Positions 7,419-13,243 of a stretch of DNA of 36,197 nt are shown one piece after another. This DNA comes from an uncultured Bacillota bacterium (GTDB lineage: Bacteria; Bacillota; Clostridia; Christensenellales; UBA1242): contig CALBYO010000057.1 of NCBI GenBank assembly GCA_937889705.1, positions 1 through 36,197 of the forward strand, written 5' to 3'. The notes under the pieces were generated by a model that was not told the origin of the DNA, did no database searches, and worked only from the letters and a program-made list of their open reading frames with translations. The translations under genes and the position numbers were made by a program. Numbering within the stretch: position 1 is the stretch's first letter; every line of letters starts with the position of its first letter.

Positions 7419-7470
7419 TTTACCAAAAATTATGGTGTTCAACTGAGGTTATTTTGGTCGCACCAAACGC

Positions 7471-7499
7471 AAATTGTCGGGCTTTTAGCTCGATTTTTT
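7471..7499 (+). terminator. copy 1 of the GC-rich hairpin module AAATTGTCGGGCTTnTnGCTCGATTTTTT
   Basis: Hairpin TCGGGC-TTTT-AGCTCGA followed by T6. Same module as at 7642-7671, 7941-7970 (both inverted) and 9142-9171. Confidence 0.65.
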
Positions 7500-7506
7500 G
7501 TTTATA

Positions 7507-7698
7507 CAAAATATTTCCGACAAAACCTTTCTTCGCAGCAATTTCTTCGCACGATAGTACCGACCGAAATTGATTAAGCAATTTCGCGTTTGGTCGGTAA
7601 GAAGGAAATTGCGGGCGAAAAAGCGCTGCATTTTTTTGCATAAAAAAATCGAGCCATAAGCCCGACAATTTCCTCTCTGGCTGGGGTGGCAGGATTTG
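7507..7698. repeat. direct repeat copy A (192 bp)
   Basis: Aligns without gaps to 7806-7997 (offset 299 bp). About 14 mismatches in the first 73 bp, then 119 bp identical (7580-7698 equals 7879-7997). Confidence 0.9.
7678..7698 (-). pseudogene. 21-nt 3' fragment of tRNA-Gln (T-loop to CCA), no 5' part
   Basis: TGGCTGGGGTGGCAGGATTTG is identical to 7977-7997 of the intact tRNA-Gln(UUG). Identity stops inside the T-loop, and no matching acceptor 5' strand lies upstream. Confidence 0.85.
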
Positions 7699-7805
7699 CT
7701 CCGCTTTGTGGGTTGTTCTTCGCGGGTCGATGCTCGCTTTCACGGACGGCGCTAAAAAACTTGCCACTGGCAACTTTTTTTACGCTTAGTTCAAATCCTA
7801 ATAAG

Positions 7806-7997
7806 CAAAATATGTCCGACAAAAATTTATTTCGCAGCAATCACATCGCATGAGAGTACCGACCGAAATTGCTTAGCCAATTTCGCGTTTGGTCGGTAAG
7901 AAGGAAATTGCGGGCGAAAAAGCGCTGCATTTTTTTGCATAAAAAAATCGAGCCATAAGCCCGACAATTTCCTCTCTGGCTGGGGTGGCAGGATTTG
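7806..7997. repeat. direct repeat copy B (192 bp), ending inside the intact tRNA-Gln
   Basis: See copy A. Includes terminator hairpin module copy 3 (7941-7970). Confidence 0.9.
7927..7986. repeat. left arm of 60-bp inverted repeat (tRNA-Gln 3' end plus terminator module)
   Basis: Reverse complement matches 9126-9185 at 59 of 60 positions. Confidence 0.85.
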
Positions 7998-8051
7998 AAC
8001 CTACGCATGCGGGAGTCAAAGTCCCGTGCCTTACCGCTTGGCTACACCCCA
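7977..8051 (-). tRNA. tRNA-Gln (anticodon UUG), CCA encoded
   Basis: Reverse complement TGGGGTGTAGCCAAGCGGTAAGGCACGGGACTTTGACTCCCGCATGCGTAGGTTCAAATCCTGCCACCCCAGCCA folds as a cloverleaf with anticodon loop CTTTGAC. Confidence 0.95.
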
Positions 8052-8063
8052 ATAACAAGTTGC

Positions 8064-8092
8064 ATTATAGCATAGTGTTTTGTTAAATGCAA
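8064..8092 (-). promoter_or_regulatory. sigma-A type promoter of tRNA-Gln(UUG)
   Basis: Minus strand reads TTGCAT (8092-8087), 17 nt, then TATAAT (8069-8064), 12 nt before the tRNA 5' end. Confidence 0.7.
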
Positions 8093-8126
8093 GAATTTTT
8101 ATCAAATTTATTTAAAAACTTTTTTA

Positions 8127-8155
8127 TTGACTACTTTTTTTATATATGTTATCAT
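8127..8155 (+). promoter_or_regulatory. sigma-A type promoter (extended -10) of the nucleoside phosphorylase gene
   Basis: TTGACT (8127-8132), 17 nt, then TGtTATCAT (-10 at 8150-8155). Confidence 0.55.
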
Positions 8156-8171
8156 ACCCATGGAGAAAATT

Positions 8172-8933
8172 ATGCTTTTAGAAGAATTTGATGAGAACAA
8201 AATCGCCGTTTTAAACGCAAGTAATATAGTTAAAAAAAATGATGAAATGCCAAAAACAATCGTTTCATTTTTTGAACATAAGTTATTTGATATGTTTTTA
8301 GAAAAATTTAAGCCAGAACAAATCACGGAAATTGGTTGTGCTGTAAAAATTCACCCAATTTATAAAGTAAATTTTGAAGGGAAAGAAATTGCAGTAATAC
8401 AAGCAGGCATTGGCGAACCTTATTGCGTTTCAAACTTTGAAGAAATTATTGAACTTGGTGTTGAAAATATTTTACTTTTTGGCTCGTGCGGTTCATTGAT
8501 ATCATTAAATGCATGCTCAATTATTGTGCCTTACGCCGCACTCAGAGACGAAGGCACAAGTTTTCATTACGCTCCACCTAGCGATGAAATCGAACTTGAT
8601 GCTAAATTAGTAAAAAATCTTTGCGATTTCTTTAAAAATAAAGGCATAAAATATGAACTTGGTAAAACCTGGACTACCGATGCTTTTTATAGAGAAACAC
8701 CAAAAAAAGTTGAAAGTCGCAAAAAAATGGGTGCAATTTGTGTAGAAATGGAATGTGCAGGCATGACAGCAATGTGCAAATTCAGAAATGTAAATTTCGC
8801 AACATTTTTCTATACAGGCGATAGTTTGGCAACTGGTGAATGGGACAAAGGTAGTCTTTCGCATTTGAAACTTGAAGGTAAAGATATTTTAGTTCCTTTG
8901 GCATTTGAAGCCGCAAACACTATTTTTGATTAA
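8172..8933 (+). CDS. nucleoside phosphorylase, PNP/UDP family (uridine-phosphorylase-like)
   Basis: Track ORF 8127..8933 begins at TTG inside the promoter. ATG 8172 follows GGAG by 6 nt, and ATG 8160 is an alternative. Family motifs seen: GIGEPY, LLFGSCGSL, RDEGTSFHY, VEMECAG. Confidence 0.75.
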   Translation: MLLEEFDENKIAVLNASNIVKKNDEMPKTIVSFFEHKLFDMFLEKFKPEQITEIGCAVKIHPIYKVNFEGKEIAVIQAGIGEPYCVSNFEEIIELGVENILLFGSCGSLISLNACSIIVPYAALRDEGTSFHYAPPSDEIELDAKLVKNLCDFFKNKGIKYELGKTWTTDAFYRETPKKVESRKKMGAICVEMECAGMTAMCKFRNVNFATFFYTGDSLATGEWDKGSLSHLKLEGKDILVPLAFEAANTIFD

Positions 8934-8938
8934 TTTTA

Positions 8939-8967
8939 TTGCAACATATTTTTAAAAGTGATAAAAT
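8939..8967 (+). promoter_or_regulatory. sigma-A type promoter of the tRNA-Val/tRNA-Gln pair
   Basis: TTGCAA (8939-8944), 17 nt, then TAAAAT (8962-8967), 12 nt before tRNA-Val. Confidence 0.7.
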
Positions 8968-8979
8968 ATAGTTGCAGCC

Positions 8980-9056
8980 GGACAATTAGCTCAGTTGGTT
9001 AGAGCGTCTCTTTCACATGGAGAAGGTCGGGAGTTCGAGTCTCTTATTGTCCACCA
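8980..9056 (+). tRNA. tRNA-Val (anticodon CAC), CCA encoded
   Basis: GGACAAT acceptor pairs with ATTGTCC. D arm is GCTC/GAGC, anticodon stem TCTCT/GGAGA with loop TTCACAT, T arm GGGAG-TTCGAGT-CTCTT, discriminator A. Confidence 0.9.
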
Positions 9057-9060
9057 GCAT

Positions 9061-9135
9061 TGGGGTGTCGCCAAGTGGTAAGGCATGGGACTCTGACTCC
9101 CACATTCCTAGGTTCGAATCCTAGTACCCCAGCCA
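9061..9135 (+). tRNA. tRNA-Gln (anticodon CUG), CCA encoded
   Basis: TGGGGTGTCGCCAAGTGGTAAGGCATGGGACTCTGACTCCCACATTCCTAGGTTCGAATCCTAGTACCCCAGCCA with anticodon loop CTCTGAC. Confidence 0.95.
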
Positions 9136-9185
9136 GAGAGGAAATTGTCGGGCTTTTGGCTCGATTTTTTTATGCAAAAAAATGC
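9126..9185. repeat. right arm of 60-bp inverted repeat
   Basis: ACCCCAGCCAGAGAGGAAATTGTCGGGCTTtTGGCTCGATTTTTTTATGCAAAAAAATGC, with one mismatch to the reverse complement of 7927-7986. Confidence 0.85.
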
Positions 9186-9198
9186 GAGCATAGCCCGC
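9142..9198. terminator. bidirectional terminator between the tRNA pair (+) and the XRE gene (-)
   Basis: Plus-strand hairpin TCGGGC-TTTT-GGCTCGA followed by T7. Minus-strand hairpin GCGGGC-TATG-CTCGC (9184-9198) followed by T7. The whole segment is near-palindromic around TATGCA. Confidence 0.75.
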
Positions 9199-9215
9199 AT
9201 TTAATCTCAAAATTT

Positions 9216-9458
9216 TTAATCTATTTCTAATGTTTCACTTGTAAAAATTTTATCATCAAGGAATTCTATTAAAGTCATATCGAAACCGCGTGCAATTTGC
9301 ATAACGGTTTTTAGTGTAATATTTTTATTTCTTTCATTCATAATACACATCATTGTGCCATGCAAAATCCCCGCTTTTTGTTCTAACCTATACAATGTCA
9401 TTTGTTTTTCATTCAATAAATTGCTAATTCTTATTCCAACTGCTTTACAAATGTTCAT
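9216..9458 (-). CDS. XRE-family helix-turn-helix transcriptional regulator, 80 aa
   Basis: Track ORF 9216..9479 starts at TTG. ATG 9458 follows AGGAG. IRISNLLNEKQMTLYRLEQKAGILHGTMMCIMNERNKNITLKTVMQIARGF is a typical Cro/C1 HTH. Confidence 0.8.
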   Translation of the reverse strand: MNICKAVGIRISNLLNEKQMTLYRLEQKAGILHGTMMCIMNERNKNITLKTVMQIARGFDMTLIEFLDDKIFTSETLEID

Positions 9459-9527
9459 AAATCTCCTAAGTATTTTCAACTATGTATTTATACTTACCAA
9501 GATTTTAACAATTTATAATCTCGAAAA

Positions 9528-9547
9528 TATGTAGTTGCACCTACATA
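9528..9547. promoter_or_regulatory. operator O1: TATGTAG-N6-CTACATA
   Basis: Perfect 7-bp arms. The spacer TTGCAC is, on the minus strand, a GTGCAA -35-like hexamer 17 nt from TATAAA (9517-9512) upstream of the XRE gene. Confidence 0.6.
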
Positions 9548-9584
9548 AACGCTTGGAATTTAAAAATATTTTTGTTATATTGGA

Positions 9585-9604
9585 TATGTAGAAATATCTA
9601 CATA
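9585..9604. promoter_or_regulatory. operator O2: TATGTAG-N6-CTACATA
   Basis: Second identical palindrome 57 bp from O1. It lies just downstream of a TTGGAA (9553-9558)-17-TGtTATATT (9576-9581) promoter and just upstream of ATG 9611. Confidence 0.6.
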
Positions 9605-9610
9605 GGTTTT

Positions 9611-10111
9611 ATGAGTAAGTGTTGTTTTATAGGTCACCGCAATGTTTGCACGGATATTGTTCGTGATAAATTAAAAAAAGTAATTGAAAACGAAATCAAA
9701 AATGGTTGCGTACACTTTATTGTTGGTTCACATGGTAATTTTGATAGAATGGCGTTGAGCGTATGCAAAGAATTAAAAAATAAATACCAAAATCTTATAA
9801 TTGAAGTTGTTATAACAAGTTTAAATTCAATCAAAAAACATATTGAATATGATATGTTCGGGAAAATTGTATACGAACCTTATGAAAATATAAATACGAT
9901 TATGTATGAAATTGAACAAGAATATTTTAAAAAACAAATAATAGTTAGCAACAAAAAGATGATTGAAGAATGTGATTTGCTAATTTGTTATGTTGACACA
10001 TCACGCGTTAGAAGTGGCGCAAAAATTGCTTATAATTATGCTAAAAAATTAGGAAAACGCATCATTAACTTATATACAACAACTATACAACAAAATAGCC
10101 CCTTTAACTAA
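9611..10111 (+). CDS. SLOG-fold DUF1273 (YpsA/YoqJ-like) protein, 166 aa
   Basis: Track ORF 9572..10111 starts at TTG inside the promoter, so ATG 9611 is preferred. N-terminal CCFIGHRN motif and HFIVGSHGNFD are characteristic of DUF1273 proteins. Confidence 0.65.
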   Translation: MSKCCFIGHRNVCTDIVRDKLKKVIENEIKNGCVHFIVGSHGNFDRMALSVCKELKNKYQNLIIEVVITSLNSIKKHIEYDMFGKIVYEPYENINTIMYEIEQEYFKKQIIVSNKKMIEECDLLICYVDTSRVRSGAKIAYNYAKKLGKRIINLYTTTIQQNSPFN

Positions 10112-10126
10112 GGGGCTACTTTTTTA
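10096..10126. terminator. terminator shared by the convergent SLOG and 220-aa genes
   Basis: TAGCCCCTT (10096-10104) pairs with AAGGGGCTA (10110-10118), followed by T-run 10120-10125. The minus strand has TTTTGTTGT after the stem. Confidence 0.85.
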
Positions 10127-10134
10127 CTTAATAA

Positions 10135-10797
10135 TTAAGTGTTTGGATTTGCTGCAACTGCGGTTGGGAACAATGGCAAGTCTGCAATTCCTGGGCAAAC
10201 TGTTGTTTGTGTTTGTTGACATGGTGGGATTACTGGGTATCCGTATGATGGTACAAGCATATCAACTGTTGCAACAACTTTTAAGATAACTTGAATACAG
10301 CCAGTCATTGTTGCTGTGTTACCTTCTGCATTGATTGAACCAATCGTTGATGAGAATGCACCAAATGCTGTGATTTCAATTGGTGTAACTGATGGTTGTG
10401 GCACAAACAATACAACATTTCTTGTTTCCGTTACAACTCCGTCTGCTGTTCCGAGAACACCATTCGCGTCACGATAAGATACAACTACCGGAATATTTAC
10501 AGTTGCTGAAACATTGGCAAAGTTTGGTCTATTGTCAATTCTATCAATGACGACATCAGTAACTGTTGCTGGATTTGTTGGGTCAGAAGACGCTGAAATG
10601 AATGTCAAAGGATTTGTTGGTGCTGCTGGGTCAAAATTTGTAAGCGTTACTGTAACGCCTGTGTTTGTTATAATTGACCTACACGCATCAAACACTTTTC
10701 TAACTTCTATAAGTGCTTTTTCACAAAGCCCAGATGTTGGATTTCCGCAAATTGGGCCGGGTCTGCATTGGTTATTATTATTGATATAAAAAGACAT
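10135..10797 (-). CDS. Lys-poor, Cys-containing, T/V/P/N/A-rich beta-type structural protein of unknown function, 220 aa
   Basis: Track ORF begins at GTG 10803. ATG 10797 lies 5 nt after GGAGG. No signal peptide. 7 Cys (3 in the first 25 residues) and only 3 Lys. Visibly higher G+C than its neighbours. Confidence 0.75.
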   Translation of the reverse strand: MSFYINNNNQCRPGPICGNPTSGLCEKALIEVRKVFDACRSIITNTGVTVTLTNFDPAAPTNPLTFISASSDPTNPATVTDVVIDRIDNRPNFANVSATVNIPVVVSYRDANGVLGTADGVVTETRNVVLFVPQPSVTPIEITAFGAFSSTIGSINAEGNTATMTGCIQVILKVVATVDMLVPSYGYPVIPPCQQTQTTVCPGIADLPLFPTAVAANPNT

Positions 10798-10865
10798 TTC
10801 CACCTCCTACACGAAAACTGCGATTTTTCTATCAATAATAAAATATGTAAGAGTGTGAAAATGTG

Positions 10866-11210
10866 TTACAAAACAATTATAGTTATTCCAGGATTTTGTT
10901 TACCCAAGTCTTCGTCAAGCGAAGCAAATTTGCAATTCGTAAGAAATTCAAAGCAATCTGAATTTTGAATTGCCCATTCGGCGCCAGTGAAAACATTTTT
11001 AATTTTCTTTTGATGTTTCAGTCTTGTGGCGTATTGTCTTAAATTGATACAAATTTTTCCGCCCTGTCCATGCGAGCCATAACCATGAATAATTTTAAAG
11101 CCCTTTACGCCTTGTGCTTTTGCTTTTTCAATTTCCATGTCTAAATAAATGCCTGCATCTTCTGCGGCAAAAACTATTTCTTTAAAATTGACTGTGTAAA
11201 AATCATTCAT
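10866..11210 (-). CDS. Smr-domain-like protein, 114 aa
   Basis: Track ORF whose start overlaps the NUDIX stop by 8 nt. KIIHGYGSHGQGG and the C-terminal NPGITIIVL resemble the Smr HGxG and C-terminal motifs. Confidence 0.5.
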   Translation of the reverse strand: MNDFYTVNFKEIVFAAEDAGIYLDMEIEKAKAQGVKGFKIIHGYGSHGQGGKICINLRQYATRLKHQKKIKNVFTGAEWAIQNSDCFEFLTNCKFASLDEDLGKQNPGITIIVL

Positions 11211-11703
11211 TTACTTTTCTTTCCATTGACCATCTTATTGTATCAAATTTATCGCATTTTGCAAGGTGATATATTGTGTCTGGCAAACATTTGATATTTT
11301 TATTTGCCACTTCGGTTTTGTCGAACCAATGATAAACTATGTTATCTTTATCGCATGAGCCGAAATCTTGCTTGTGAGCAAGTTCGTCATCGTCTGTCAA
11401 CTTGATGTGATACATAAAGTTGAGTTCGTGGCAGTTTATGTTGTCGTAAACAAAAAACATTTCATTGATTTGAAAGAGTTGTAACCTTTCAGGTTCAAAT
11501 TTATAACCCAATTCTTCTTCAAGTTCTCTTATCAATGCTTCTTTTGTGGTTTCGCCACATTTAACTCTGCCGCCAACCAAATTCCAAAAATTATCAACTT
11601 TGACATTTCTGTGCAAAAGCATTTTATCTTTGTATTCAAAGAAACATGCCACGCGGAAATTAAATTTGGTATCTCCTAACATTGTACTGATATCTTCTTT
11701 CAT
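11203..11703 (-). CDS. NUDIX hydrolase, 166 aa
   Basis: Track ORF with SD AGGAGG. Nudix box GGRVKCGETTKEALIRELEEELG. Confidence 0.85.
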   Translation of the reverse strand: MKEDISTMLGDTKFNFRVACFFEYKDKMLLHRNVKVDNFWNLVGGRVKCGETTKEALIRELEEELGYKFEPERLQLFQINEMFFVYDNINCHELNFMYHIKLTDDDELAHKQDFGSCDKDNIVYHWFDKTEVANKNIKCLPDTIYHLAKCDKFDTIRWSMERKVNE

Positions 11704-11721
11704 TTTTCCTCCTGATATATA

Positions 11722-11748
11722 TCAAAAAATGCTTGACCTGCAAGCATT
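11722..11748 (-). terminator. efp terminator
   Basis: ATGCTTG (11729-11735) pairs with CAAGCAT (11741-11747). A T-run follows on the minus strand (A-run 11724-11729 on plus). Confidence 0.8.
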
Positions 11749-11756
11749 TGTTTGAA

Positions 11757-12317
11757 CTATTTAATTCTTTCCATGTATGTTCCAGTTCTTGTATCAACTC
11801 TGATTTTTTCGCCGCTGTTTACAAACAAAGGAACGTTGATTACATAACCTGTTTCAAGTGTTGCTGGTTTATAACCTGCTTTTGATGTGTCGCCTTGAAT
11901 CCATGGTTCTGTGTCTGTGATTGTCAATTCAACAAAGTTTGGTGCTTCAACTGAGAATGCTGAACCTTTATAGAATTGAATATTTGCCATCATATTTTCT
12001 GTTATGAAATTGAGAGCGTCTTCAACTTGGCTTTTATTAAGTGGAATTTGGTCGAATGTTTCCATATCCATGAAGTAATAAATATCGCCTTCATTGTAAA
12101 GATATTGCATTTCTTTTCTTTCAATAACTGCAACTTGGAATTTATCTGATGGGTTGAAAGTTCTTTCTTGAACTTGTCCAGTTACGATATTTTTAATTTT
12201 TGCTCTTACGAATGGTGAACCTTTACCTGGTTTAACATGCATAAAGTCTGTTACTAAATAAATGTTGCCGTCCATTTCAAAAGTTGTGCCTTTCCTAAAA
12301 TCACCTGCTGTTACCAT
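11757..12317 (-). CDS. efp: elongation factor P
   Basis: Track ORF of 186 aa. [17 protein letters not shown]...[16 protein letters not shown] contains the conserved KPGKG loop. Confidence 0.95.
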   Translation of the reverse strand: MVTAGDFRKGTTFEMDGNIYLVTDFMHVKPGKGSPFVRAKIKNIVTGQVQERTFNPSDKFQVAVIERKEMQYLYNEGDIYYFMDMETFDQIPLNKSQVEDALNFITENMMANIQFYKGSAFSVEAPNFVELTITDTEPWIQGDTSKAGYKPATLETGYVINVPLFVNSGEKIRVDTRTGTYMERIK

Positions 12318-12388
12318 AAAATCTCCTAAAATTAATAAATTTGCTTTAAAAATATATCATATTAAACATGATTTGTAAAGTATTTTTT

Positions 12389-13243
12389 CTAAATATTATT
12401 ATATATATTTTGATATATGAGGGAATCTTGCGACATGTGACCAGCCGATTCGCAAATAACTGTTGGTGTCAATTTTAAATCTTTAATAGCCTTTGCACAT
12501 GGTGCAAATTCTGGGCCATAGCCTTCGTCTGTATAATTTAAGTGTTTTATTTCACCTTTATCGCCATACATAATTCTTGAAAAATGAATGTGGCAATTTT
12601 TCACTCTGTCATAGCCGAGTTTTTCAATCGCATAATTAAACACTTCAACATAATCTTCATAATTGCCAAAAGTGCCTTGATTTAAAGCATAAACATGACC
12701 AAAATCAAAAGTTGGAACTAAGATTTTATCTTTCGTGCAAAAGTCAATAGTTTCTTTCCATGTTCCAATTTGTGCCTGTTTACCCATTGTTTCAGGGCAA
12801 ATAAACATGTCTTGATAACCTGCTTCGTAGATTTTTTTGATTAAAATATCCAAGCGTTTAGAAATCAAGCCAACTGCAACGCTTCGCTCTTGCTTCGTTT
12901 CCGTTCCCGCATGAAAAACTAAATGTTTCCCGCCCATGGCGCGCAAAAGTTTTAGACCTGTCAAAATATATTGATATGACTTTTCTGCCATTTCGTCATC
13001 TGGATTTGCGAAGTTAATATAATAAGGCGCGTGAATACTCAGCAAAATGCCATTTTCTTTTGCGTTTTTGCCAAGTTTTTCAGCAGTTTGTGATGACATT
13101 CTATAACCACGACCAAACGAATATTCATAAGCAGTCAACCCTTGACGCGCAAGCCAAGCCGGTGCGTCACAACTATCTTTTAAACCTTGCTCATAAAAAC
13201 TGTCGTCATTGCCTGATGGCCCAAATCTTACTTTTTCTTCCAT
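12389..13243 (-). CDS. xylose-isomerase-like TIM-barrel protein (AP endonuclease family 2 / endonuclease IV-like fold)
   Basis: Track ORF of 284 aa that starts immediately after the truB stop. Has SIHAPYYINFANPD and HLVFHAG type His-rich metal-site strands. Confidence 0.6.
   Translation of the reverse strand: MEEKVRFGPSGNDDSFYEQGLKDSCDAPAWLARQGLTAYEYSFGRGYRMSSQTAEKLGKNAKENGILLSIHAPYYINFANPDDEMAEKSYQYILTGLKLLRAMGGKHLVFHAGTETKQERSVAVGLISKRLDILIKKIYEAGYQDMFICPETMGKQAQIGTWKETIDFCTKDKILVPTFDFGHVYALNQGTFGNYEDYVEVFNYAIEKLGYDRVKNCHIHFSRIMYGDKGEIKHLNYTDEGYGPEFAPCAKAIKDLKLTPTVICESAGHMSQDSLIYQNIYNNI

Larger units (their letters stand above)
1..7440. mobile_element. Right-hand part of an integrative element of the large-serine-recombinase type; left boundary outside the window, right boundary approximate
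   Basis: Recombinase gene sits at the edge next to tRNA-Gln and att-like repeats. Element-type regulators are present (S24 repressor, Cys-rich KTR, Orf7-like sigma-region-4 protein). Cargo genes have no housekeeping identity, and conserved core genes begin abruptly to the right. Confidence 0.6.

Noticed and set aside
7789-7798. GTTCAAATCC, a T-loop-like motif on the plus strand, raising the possibility of another tRNA or tRNA remnant.
   Set aside because: Only a 4-bp T-stem can be drawn, and there is no acceptor, D or anticodon arm around it.
7420-8058. Three track ORFs on the minus strand (7420..7773, 7574..7840, 7873..8058; 61-117 aa).
   Set aside because: They run through the tRNA-Gln gene, its truncated copy and the terminator repeats. 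Two of them share a peptide only because the DNA is duplicated. They have no SD and an odd composition, so I treat them as non-coding.
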